From assembly GCF_006345805.1 (NCBI RefSeq), contig NC_043007.1:50034001-50098000 (forward strand): a stretch of DNA of 64,000 nucleotides. Reading direction: 5' to 3'. The translations under genes were made by a program, and so were the position numbers. The DNA is from Octopus sinensis. Taxonomy: Eukaryota. Shown here in pieces: positions 23,761 through 34,789 of the stretch; position 1 is the stretch's first letter; each line of letters opens with the position of its first letter. The notes beneath the pieces were generated by a model. That model had not been told where the DNA came from. It was given only the letters and a program-made list of their open reading frames with translations, and made no database searches.

Positions 23761-24582
23761 GCATCTTAAATTTTTTGCAAATAAATTGTTATAAAACAAA
23801 ATGTAATAGAAAATAAACTAGTTAGTAGCTTAGAAGAGGGATATCCAGTGACGTGCTAGCGGCGAGAGATGCCCTCGATAATTTCTCCGTCACGAAACAC
23901 GAATGTTGCATTGTCTAGGCTAGGATGCATGCGCTGACACATGTAAGCTGAAAAATCGTCGGTTGCATCCATGTGACGGAGCTACAGCACTGCTGCAAAG
24001 CGAGAATTTGGTTTGTGGAGGAGCATAGCAGCTGTGTGCTCTCCGATTCCATGCAGATGAGGAAGGTTTTTGACAGCAGTTTGCCAAACTGGTCTCTATC
24101 TCACTATTTAGGATTTCTGTATTTCTTTATCATTTTGAAGTCTATTTTTATATTTTTGTAACAATCTCATTGTTGTTGTTGTTTCCTCTTTCATCCACAT
24201 ACACCGAATTGCTCCTTGTATTTCCTTCTTTGATGTTGTCCTCAATGACGCGAGCCCTTGTAACGAATAAAAGAAATTATTGTTGTTGTTGTTGCAGTTT
24301 TTGTTGTTATTAAATGTTTGGCTTTTGCTTTGAATTTGAACAAGTTGACTCCAAGTCTCACCCAAGAGCCCTCAAGAGACAACAAGTTAGAAGTTCAGGT
24401 TGGTGTCATGACTAGGGTTCCATAGTTTCAGCTCTGCACAAAGTATTATTCTTACAAATGTCTGAGAAAACATAAGAAACATTTGTTTTAAAAGTAATTT
24501 GATTATAAGATTGTAGAGTGATGCAAAAATTATAGTAGAAGGTGTTGGATATCATGTACATTTAAAAGCATGTTGACACCGT

Positions 24583-24765
24583 TTACAGATTAAAATGCTT
24601 TGGGGAGTACATAGACGATATTTTTCGTAGGTTATGAGCAGTTCTCATGATCACTATTTTTTTAATGTCTCCCATATTTGGATTTCCTGGTATCATTCCT
24701 AGGGAAACTATGACAACAGGTATTCTTTTAATCTTGAGGTTCCAAGTGAGAGGAGAAAGTAAAAT
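24583..24765 (-). mobile_element. Dong/R4-like LINE 3' fragment
   Basis: TWNLKIKRIPVVIVSLGMIP...IKKIVIMRTAHNLRKI. Confidence 0.7.
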
Positions 24766-25664
24766 TGAGGAGAAAGTGTAAGATTCACGTGTATATGAAA
24801 TGGACATGAGAGAGAGAGAGAGAGAGAGAAAGAGAGTGTGAGTGAATGAAGGTGTGTGTTGTGATGAATTTTTTGCATGTATGTGCAAGTGACACTCACT
24901 TGCTCCCTCTTTCACTCTCTCTCACACAGTCTCTTTCATATACACGTACATAGGTAGGCAGAGGTAAAGAATACGCACACCACCGGTTTTAGGAGTAACC
25001 CTAACCCTAAACACCAGGAATGCGTATTCTTGACCTTCGCCCATAAATACATATGCATACATCTTTTTTGTGCGTGACAGAGAGAGAGAGAGATAGAGAT
25101 AGATAAAGAGAGAGAGAGAGAGAGAGAGAGAGGCTGTAATTCGTTATAACATATAGAAAAATGGATGTCTTAATGCAATCTTTTTGGTTGTGGCTTATTT
25201 AAATACAATATTTATATGTACATTTTCATAAATATTTGTCTGAGTCGAATTTTACGCAACATCGGACGAAAGAAGCAAATCAAAATATTGTCTGAAAATT
25301 ACCTAAAAATTTTGTGATCCAACGTAGTTGCCGAAATTATTTTAGTTGTAAAAAAGAGTTATTGATCAAAAATATAGTTTATTTGGTAAATATATAATAA
25401 GCAGATTTGTTTATGACAATACACATGTGACTAATTAGGAAAACCATTACTTTCATTATTCACACATCATCACTCTCGTTATGCAACACTTTGTAATTTT
25501 GGTTCAAATTGAAAGTGTGAAACTATTTTAATTTTCTAATGAAACCTGATCTTTGTAGAAAAGTGTATGTGAAATAACTATAGTTGGTTATTGAGATAAC
25601 GTAGAAAATGTGTAAACGAAAATAAAGTTTATTTGACTTGTGTAATTGATTTGATGGTTCTGGA

Positions 25665-25852
25665 AGGCAGTGAGCTGGCAGAATCGTTAGCATGCCGGGC
25701 AAAATGCTTGAGCGGTCTTTACGTTCTGAGTTCAAATGCCGCCGGGGTCAACTTTCGGATCCGAGAAATTAAGTATCAGTGAGACACTGGAGTCGATTAC
25801 ATCGACTGGTCCCCCTCCCCCGAAATTTCAGGCCTTGTGCCTTTATTAGAAA
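25665..25852 (+). mobile_element. SINE family A (internally deleted)
   Basis: GTGAGCTGGCAGAATCGTTAGCATGCCGGGC...GAGTTCAAATGCCGCC. Confidence 0.85.
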
Positions 25853-25946
25853 GGATTTGATTGCTCTGGTCTTAACATCAGTTGGTAAGAATAGAAGTCA
25901 TTTGACGACATATATGTATATGTATATGTATATATATGTGTATATA

Positions 25947-26396
25947 TATCTCTTATTATAAAAGGCAGATTTTATCTGCCTCCCTTTGGGAGTTATACAA
26001 ATCTACAATATAGGATTTCTTCAATTACAATTTACCTAGCATTTTTAACAGTACAATGCATCGCGTCATGCCAGGTCCAGTTTTTAAAATTTAAACTCCA
26101 ATTAAGCAAAATTTACAGAAAACTCACATTCTGGTGTGTGTGTCAAATGCTTTTCTTAGTCTGGTTTACACCACACGCAAACGCACACACACAGTGGGCA
26201 ACGAATAAAATGAAAGTAAATAGCGACAGAGTGATTTGAGGAAGACTAAACTGAAAGTATTCTGTCTATGACGCTGATAGATACATGAGTAAAATGTATG
26301 GGAAGCTAAGAGCTAAGAGTGAGTGAAAATGTTCTTGGAAGAGAGTAAATAGCGAGAGAGAGAGTGATTTGACGAAGACTTTACATTAAATAACCG
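25947..26396 (+). mobile_element. Probable non-autonomous Helitron-like repeat, 3'-truncated
   Basis: Starts A|TC.. inside a TA tract (TCTCTTATTATAAAAGGCAG). No terminal hairpin or CTAG visible. Confidence 0.35.
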
Positions 26397-26744
26397 TAGT
26401 GGCTTGTGTTAGTAATAAAGTAAACATACACTCATACATACATACATACATACATACATACATACATACATACATACATACATACATACATACATACATA
26501 CACACATACATACACACACACATACATACACACACACATACATACACACACACATACATACATACATATACATACATACATACATATACATACATACATA
26601 CAGACACACACATACACACACACAGTATTGAAGCTTGAGAACAATCAGATACATTTGCAACACATCTGTTGAAAATATTATTGTTCACACACATACATAT
26701 ACATATATACATACAGACAGACAGACAGATAGACACACACACAC

Positions 26745-27165
26745 ACACATGATCCAGCATGGCCACAACCTCAAGGCTGAAACATATAAAAGAATAACAG
26801 AATATAAATGTGTGCAAAGTACAAGAAATATTAATGCAGTATATGGGGATTGGACAATAAGCGTAAGGCAGTGTCAATGGTGGTTCCAGAAATCCCGAGC
26901 CATAAACTACAGCCTAGAAGACGAGCCTCATCCTGAAAGATCTGTAGAACTCGACAAGGACATCCTGAAAACCCTGGTGGAACAAAATCTCATCGTAACT
27001 GTTGAGGAACTAGCAGAGAAGCTTGGATTTGGTCATTCAACCATTCATTGAGACCTGTGTGCTATCGGAAAAGTCAGCAAATTGGGTCAATGGGTTCCTC
27101 ACGAACTTTCCGAGTCTAATTGCATGCAGAGAGTGAATGTATGCTTTTCTTGCTGTCATATCTCA
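26745..27165 (+). mobile_element. Mariner (Mos1-type) transposase N-terminal pseudogene
   Basis: RNINAVYGDWTISVRQCQWWFQK...LEDEPHPERSVELD...TVEELAEKLGFGHSTIH*DL..IGKVSKLGQWVPHEL (HTH + WVPHEL motif). Confidence 0.9.
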
Positions 27166-27185
27166 CCACTACTGCGCTATGTATA

Positions 27186-27818
27186 TCTATATATATAAAA
27201 CTGTAGTTGTGTGAGTGTCTGTCCCCTTCGATTTAGATTCCTAACTACTCCCACATTTTGCGGTGCAGTTTAACCAAATTCGGGTAGCTTATAGTCGTGA
27301 TTCATATCGAGCCCGTCTGAATATTAGCGCGCGTCTACGATGAGTCTACGATTATAAAAATAATTAACATCATTTTTTATTCCATTTTAATGCATAATTT
27401 TTCGTGTGTCGATGGCGGCGGAGTTGGCGTCCACGCTCACACCTGCACCTGTGGGGAAGGGAGTGTAAGGAAATCAACGTCGTAATGCGTTGTCAAGGAG
27501 ACCAGTGTTCTTTTAGAACAACGACTTCATGGCTTGAAGACACCAAAACAGAAATGGCTAAGAAAGCGTCTACATGAGTCTACGATTTAAAAAAAATTTA
27601 CCATCGTTTTTTTTCCATTTTAATGCATTTTTTCGCTATTATATAAGGGAAGTAACTCTCTAAAAATGTCTACGATGAGTCAACGATTTTAAAAAAAATT
27701 TACCATCATATTTTTTCCATTTTAATGCATTTTTTGCTATTTTTTCGCTATAACTCTCTAAAAATGCTTATATAGTTATTTCCCTTACAAACCCGAGCAA
27801 CGCCGGGCGATACTGCTA

Positions 27819-27819
<1 letters not shown>
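27186..27819 (+). mobile_element. Non-autonomous Helitron, complete, 634 bp
   Basis: 5' TC (TCTATATATATAAAAC), 3' hairpin CCCGAGCAACGCCGGG plus CTAG, inserted between A and T with no TSD. Confidence 0.88.
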
Positions 27820-27902
<83 letters not shown>

Positions 27903-27909
27903 GTATATG

Positions 27910-27968
<59 letters not shown>

Positions 27969-28050
27969 CATATATATATGTATATATGTATATGTATATA
28001 TGTATAATATATATGTATATATATATATATATATATATGCATATATACAT

Positions 28051-28081
<31 letters not shown>

Positions 28082-28144
28082 TATATATATATTACATTTA
28101 TACACATATATATATATACATTTATATATATATATATAAATATA

Positions 28145-28205
<61 letters not shown>

Positions 28206-28397
28206 ATATATATATTCAGGAAAAAGTCGACAGAATTTTGGAAAAAAATCTTTTTATTTCTTCATCATTATTAACGCTTTCATTCCTTTCTCGAACTTGT
28301 CAAATAAAATTTTGTGAATGTACAAACAGCTTGTTCATTTATATAAAACAGATGGTCCTTTCGGGAGGGGGGATTGATTAGAAGAGAACATGCTGAA

Positions 28398-28466
<69 letters not shown>

Positions 28467-28470
28467 AAGT
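27820..28470. repeat. Long interrupted (TA)n tracts
   Basis: Direct reading; a short unique segment at ~28215-28400 splits them. Confidence 0.85.
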
Positions 28471-28509
28471 TTTTAACTTTACAATTTACTTCTTTTTACA
28501 ATTTAACAT

Positions 28510-30351
28510 GTTTTTAATTATAGATTATTCAAGGATTCCTTTGGGTGGAAACAACCGCGGACTGTTGGTCGGCCCACAAGAGGTCCTGTCCGGAGATGAT
28601 GGTACACAGGCTGTACCCCAAGTCCACCACGGGACAACACGCAGTCCTGGCCTGCTCTCGGTTCAGAGGACGTCACACTTTTGATGTTCTCGCCCAGACC
28701 ATGGTGGACATCCATTACAAGTTCCATCTGCAAGACAAAGTGACCAGGACCACAAAGGACAACGCAAAAAGTTTTTAAGGCAGTTTTGTGCTGAAGTTGA
28801 ACCCTTGTTAGACATTCCTGAGGCTGCTGCCGATCTGGACGTGGAGATTGTCGCGAATGTGGACCTGAACGTGAATCCCGAGGCTGGGAATGTGGAAGAA
28901 GTTCAGTACATCTCTATTGATGCCATCCTTGATGAGCTCAGCGGCCTGGGCCTAAACTTGCCAGTACACATGAAGTGCGCAGCCCATACCTTCGACTTGG
29001 TAGCCAACGTGGATGCCGACAAGGCTCTGGACAGTACTTCGTACAAGTCGGCCTACAAGAAGACCAAGTCCAAGTACAGCGGCTGTGGGATCTGTAGATC
29101 AGCAGCACGGTGGCAGCAGACAGTATTCTGGACGCGTTGAAGAGGAAGCTAGTGGTCCTCAACAGTACCAGATGGAACTCTACCTATGACTGTTATTGTC
29201 CTCGACAGCCCGCTGTAGAAGAATAAGGGAGCTATCCACAGGGTGATGACACAGCTGAAGCTGCAAACCGTCACTGATTCTGATGTCGGCTTCCTGACAG
29301 ACTACGCCCAGGTAATGTCTAATGTCACCAAGGCCTTGGATAAAATCCAGGGGGAGGACCAGGCTTATCTCGGGAGCCTTATGCCAAATGTAGCGGCCAC
29401 CGCCATGAAGTTGAGAGTGGCCAGGTTCAAACATATCCTGTAGCGCAGTCCTCTGGTAAACGCAATACTGTCAGGCATTACGAAAAGGTTTGGGCTTCTC
29501 CTAGAAGACCTGGAGTACCCCAAACTTCGCTTGTTCTGGCTGGAGCAGTATAATAACAACCAGGTTAGCAGAGTAACGAACGCCACGGAGTCCGTCGTAG
29601 AGACAGCCCTAATAGAGATCAATGAGGAGGACAGCAGCACCACCAGCAATGAGGATAAGGAAAATGATTCCTTCAGCAATATCACTCGGTTCTGGGCGAG
29701 TATGAACCACAAATCATTGAAATCCAAGTCGTAGAACTTAGTGAAGACCAAGTATAACACCGCTATTCCATCGAGTGCTGCAGTGAACGCCTATTCTCTA
29801 TAGGCAGATATTTTGAGAGCCAAGAAAGCCACTCTGTCGGATGGTAACTTTGAGAAGCTGGTGTTTATGAAGGGCAACCAGCATCCCGTCGAGGTGATGG
29901 AGAAGGCCCAGCCAGAGTAGTACACCTTGAGCATCATCCGATCTTGGTTTGATACCTATGCTGTACTATACCCTTTTGATTCGTTTAATACTTTTTGTAC
30001 AGTAAATAATATGTATGTTGACTGAAAGACTAAAGTTTAATTTCATTTGTTCATTAAATTATTTGCGTACACCTTGATCCTCATCTGATCTTGGCATGCT
30101 ACACCTTTTGTAAAGCTCTATGTTACAACATGAGAATTTCAGCTCTTTAGATCTGTTTTTAGGGGTTTGAGAGCCAAAAACCCAAACCGAGACTAAATTC
30201 ATATGATAAAATTTAGCGGTTATCATTTAGCATTAGCTTCCGCTAATTTCTTTCACCTGTTTAACGTTTTAGCGTTTGCGGAGCCAACTGTTTTAGTTAG
30301 CGAATTGTCGGAAAACTAAGCTAACTTTGTGGTTAGCTGTGCCCTCCACTG
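28510..30351 (+). mobile_element. hAT transposon remnant (transposase pseudogene and right TIR)
   Basis: HTFDVLA...KVTRTTKDNAKSF, HMKCAAHTFDLV, NSTRWNSTY, IPSSAAV..../SDGNFEKLVFMKGN. Right end GTGCCCTCCACTG. Confidence 0.88.
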
Positions 30352-31500
30352 CCGAGTGGGGTGAAACATAATATAAATATTAAAGGGGATGACGAGTCTC
30401 CCTGGAAAATTCCTCTCTTGATATTAAGTTTTCCTAAGTTTGTATCACTTGAATAGAGATCTACTTTCCATTTCTTCATGCTAGGTATGTATGTATTCAA
30501 AAGCCGCCAACAAAAAGTCAACCACTCGTTATTCATGAATGACCTCAAACTTTATGGTAAAGATGAATCCCAAATCAGTTCCCTCGTCCATATGGTGTAT
30601 ACCTTCAGTGCTGATATGAGAATTGAGTACGGACGGAAAAAGTGTGGTGTGTTAGTCTTGAAGCGAAGCAAAATTAAATGTATGGGCTAGCAATACCGTC
30701 GGGGGATGTTGTGAAGCAAACAGAAGAGACAGGAAATGGATAAACTGATGGAGAAAGAAATGACAGAGATAGGTGGAGTACTTGTGGAGACTGAAATTGA
30801 TCCTTAAGTCGAAATTAAATGGACGGAATACGAGTGAAGCTAGCAACATCTGGGCGGTTTCACTCTTTAGATATGGAGCAGGGGTAATCGCATGGACAGT
30901 AGACGAACTAAACAGCTTAGACAGAACGACAAAGAAGTTGCTGATTAGATATGGGATACTCTACCCAAAACGTGACACAGACAGACAGTATGTATCCAGG
31001 AAAAAGAGAGGGAGAGGACTGATTGGATGCGAACCCAGCATTAGGGTAGAAGAAAATAACATAGCATGATATGTAAAAGATGCCAGAGAACTGCTATTTT
31101 TGGAAGTAAGAAGGTCAGGCTTGTCTAGGATGGAAGATTGCAAAGATAAAGCACTGTACAAGCACATGAGAATGAATGAAACTGAAAATAGGTAGATAAA
31201 GAAAAGAATTCATGGACAATTTCATAGGAATGTTGAAGATAAAAGAGACAGAGAAAAAAGATGACTATGGATAACTAAAAGTGATTTAAAACATTGTTTC
31301 TGTTTTTTTTTTTTTTTGAAAACTGAAAACGGAGGTTTTAATCTGTGCCGTTGAAGAGCAAGCATTAAGAACCAATTACATCAAATACAGAATAAACAAC
31401 ACATCAGAAAGTGGTAAGTACAGAATTTGTGGACAAAATGGTGAAACCGTATGGCATATTACCAGTCAATGTAGGCCACTAGCCCAAAAAGAATATATAT
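30352..31500 (+). mobile_element. Dong/R4-like LINE fragment with inverted 5' segment (30352-30483 on -)
   Basis: Minus strand: SMKKWKVDL...KRGIFQGDSSSPLIFILCFTPL. Plus strand from ~30487: YVFKSRQQKVNHSLFMNDLKLYGKD ... RGRGLIGCEPSI. Confidence 0.85.
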
Positions 31501-32252
31501 GTCATCAAAGTGACACTGGGGTAAAATATACGAAGCCCAATATACCCATCATGTCTACTCATCTGATATGGGTACACCAGGCACATGCATCACAACCATA
31601 TGTGCGCAACATGATGATCTCATATCAAGCACTACCTTGCAGGTGGAGCCCAGTTAGAATTTTCTTGAGGTCGAGTAGCCCATCCCGCTCAAACAGTCCT
31701 TGAATAAGGGTTGTTTAAGGATGTTGAACGAAATATCCATGTTTCCAGAGGTGAATTATTCAAACCCCAAAGAATTCATCCACCACTACGTCTGTTCGTG
31801 ATCAGAGATGCACATATCGTCAGCTACTAAGGCAGGGGTGGGCAAACTACGGCCCGCGGGCCGCATGCGGCCCGCCATAGGTTTTCATGCGGCCCGCCGA
31901 GAGCTTTTATGAATCCCAACTTCTATGCAGATACTTCGTAACTGTACGGTAATTCACAATATTTTCACTTGATTTTTATAAATGAGGCCCGCCAAGATTC
32001 CAAAGATGCACTGTGCGGCCCGCGATCAAAAAAGTTTGCCCACCCCTGTACTAAGGGGTATGCTCAACTGGTTACGGTCAAACAACTGACAAACTAATTT
32101 GTGGTACTGGGCAGAATATTTGCTGTAGCCCATCTTTTACCCCATGACAAAACATATACATCATAACACTTCCAATCAGTTAAGATCAGAAGCCATGAGA
32201 GCCAGTATCTGATACTATATCAGCCAGTGATGGTACTGCGTCAGGGCATAGC
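31500..32252 (-). mobile_element. ~540-bp non-coding repeat (probable Dong/R4 3' UTR or non-autonomous partner), interrupted by a hAT MITE
   Basis: Reverse complement of 55463-56003 and 59377-59820. Confidence 0.6.
31833..32048. mobile_element. hAT MITE (216 bp) with 8-bp TSD TACTAAGG
   Basis: TIRs CAGGGGTGGGCAAAC/GTTTGCCCACCCCTG. TSD at 31825-31832 and 32049-32056. Confidence 0.95.
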
Positions 32253-33399
32253 AGTGCCTGGTAATTATTATAAGTTTTATCAGTACTGTCGTTAGTAACC
32301 GTTATGACGATTACTTTTTTTCACTAGTACCTCTTCTCCAAATCTGTCGTCTTGTACTTCGCAAAAGCGTGCGATTCTCACGACAATATGTTTACGTGAA
32401 ACTTCGTACAGTATCATCTACAATTTCTCGTTCTGGATCACTTGGATTCAGTAACAACGCATAAATAGGACAGTTGGAGTGGAAACTAGATCCGAACATC
32501 TTTGGCGAATTGGTGGAGTTTAACAAGAAACCATGTTTGGATCTCTGCTCCAATATCCTGAAGTAGTTTTTTCCTTGAACATTCCGCTATCCTTAGAATT
32601 CGCTAGACACTGACAATATTTGACACTTATTTGGTTGTCTCTCAATAGAAATTGGGTGCTAAAACAATAAAGATGAACTTGGAGTCTCTCATTTACGGGT
32701 TCATCGTTCCCACGGGTCTTACTGCGCTCTCATTCACCGTATCGACTATATTTATGTCCTGGGCCCACTAATGTTTACTAGCTGATGACCCTATACTTAT
32801 TTGGTTGTCTCTCAATAGAAATTGGGTGCTAAAACAATAAAGATGAATTTGGAGTCTCTCATTTACGGGTTCATCGTTCCCACGGGTCTTACTGCGCTCT
32901 CATTCACCGTATCCTGGGCCCACTAATATTTACTAGCTGATGACCCTATACTTCACGGTTGCTCGCCGTGCAAGAAATAGCTGCTAAATTTGCGTCAGGT
33001 GACAATATATATTGCATTATTTGAAATGGAATCTACGTGAAATGGACAACGTGAATATGTCAAGACATTCTTTGCTTGCCTTACCGAGGAAAAGAAGGTG
33101 GGCAGGTTTGACTGCGTGATAGAGTGCTACTGTACTTTAGCTCTAGGTCACCTATCATCCTGAACACTCAAAATCAATGAGACTAAAAGTGTGACCATCA
33201 TTTTGCATTCAGATGCAGCTGGAACTGTATTATATAATGTGTCCTCTCTTCATTGACGACGGGCATGGATTAAGATGGATTTCGTTCTTACTTCTAGCAG
33301 GGTGAGTGAACACATACAAAACTCCTTTGGATTGATGTATTAGCGATGCTACGTGGATTATCTGAGTATGTAAGTCTGTAGAACTATGTGTGTATGGGA

Positions 33400-34290
33400 T
33401 TTAAGAGTAGGGGTAATAGTTGCGGTGTGGTGTTGTAGTGGGATAATAAAATTGCAGATGTGAGTAGGGTAGTGATAGTGGTGTTCGTATTGGTATTGTT
33501 GTTGGTTGTGTTTGTTGTAGTGTTGGAGTTGGTGGCGGTGTTCGGGGTATTGGTAATGATGATGCTCTTGTTAGCTTTGCCGTTGTGGTGTACTTGTAGT
33601 GTTGCTGATGTTATTGTTAGTTTGGAGTTTGTGTTGATGTTGGCATTGTTGGTATTCATAGTGTTGTTGCTGGTGGGAGGGGAATGGTGGCGTCGGTGAG
33701 AGTGGCCTTGGGCGTGGTGATAGTGGTGGTGGCGTTTGGTTCAGTTAATGTTTGGAGTAAAGTGGGGGAGGTCGACGTGCAGAGTCTGGATATGCAAAGG
33801 GGTTCAGGGGTTGGGCTGAGTTGGATGGTTGCCGGATGACGCAGCTTGGTGTAATGTTACTGTTTGGCTATGAGGCTGTACCAATGGACGACAGCATAAT
33901 GTAAACATTTACACTGTTTGCTGCAGATAACAACAGTAATAACAACAAGAAGCACAACAGCAGCAATCCCCAGCACCACCAGCATCACCAGTACCATCAG
34001 TACCACCAGCGCCACAGCAGAAATAACCACCACAGCAATCGAATAAGATACAACAGCAGCAATCAGCAGCACAATCACGACCTCAACGGCAACTATGTGC
34101 TCCACAACTATCACTACTGCAATAGCAACCAGTAGTACCAGTGCAACCATGGCAAGCTCCTCAACCACTGGCATTATCACCGATACCAGCATTGCTAACA
34201 TCAACATCGCCACTACCACCATTACCACAAGCAGTACCGCCACCACTATCACGAAGACAACTATCACTATACTACCACCTCCACTATAGC
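33400..34290. repeat. Decayed trinucleotide low-complexity tracts (GT-rich then CA-rich)
   Basis: Degenerate GGT/GTT and CAG/ACC/AAC runs. Confidence 0.8.
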
Positions 34291-34679
34291 ACACGAATAT
34301 GCGTATATGAGTGTATGCATGCATGTATGTACGTATGCTTGTATGTATTATGTAAATATATATATATTTGTATATATGAGTTTTTTGCGTAATGAGATTA
34401 AAAAAACCAAGGCTGTAGAGATATTAGAACATTTATAGATATCTATAAATGCTCTAATATCTATACAGCCTTGGTTTTTTATCTTATTACGCAAAAAATT
34501 CATATATACACACGCTGACATAGAACCGACGTTGAACCCTTTATCCGCAATATTACCGAATCTGGAACTTAAGTATGTATATATGTATGCATACTTGTAC
34601 GTATGTATGAATCTATATGGATATATATGCATGCATATATATATCTATATATCTATACATACATACATACATACATACA

Positions 34680-34710
<31 letters not shown>

Positions 34711-34789
34711 GTGTATACATGTATGTATATTTGTATACATAGTGCAAAAACACTACTCGCCTCGCTGCCAGTAAACCATAAGTATCTTT

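Noticed and set aside
32932-32990. CTGATGA...GAAA hammerhead-like spacing
   Set aside because: No U16.1/NUH and no stem I or II pairing. The GAAATAGC.GC.AAAT segment resembles another common repeat (cf. 41826).
33384-34324. Mucin-like Thr/Ser-rich and Val-rich ORFs
   Set aside because: Decayed trinucleotide repeats with an in-frame stop on the plus strand and no splice or domain support.
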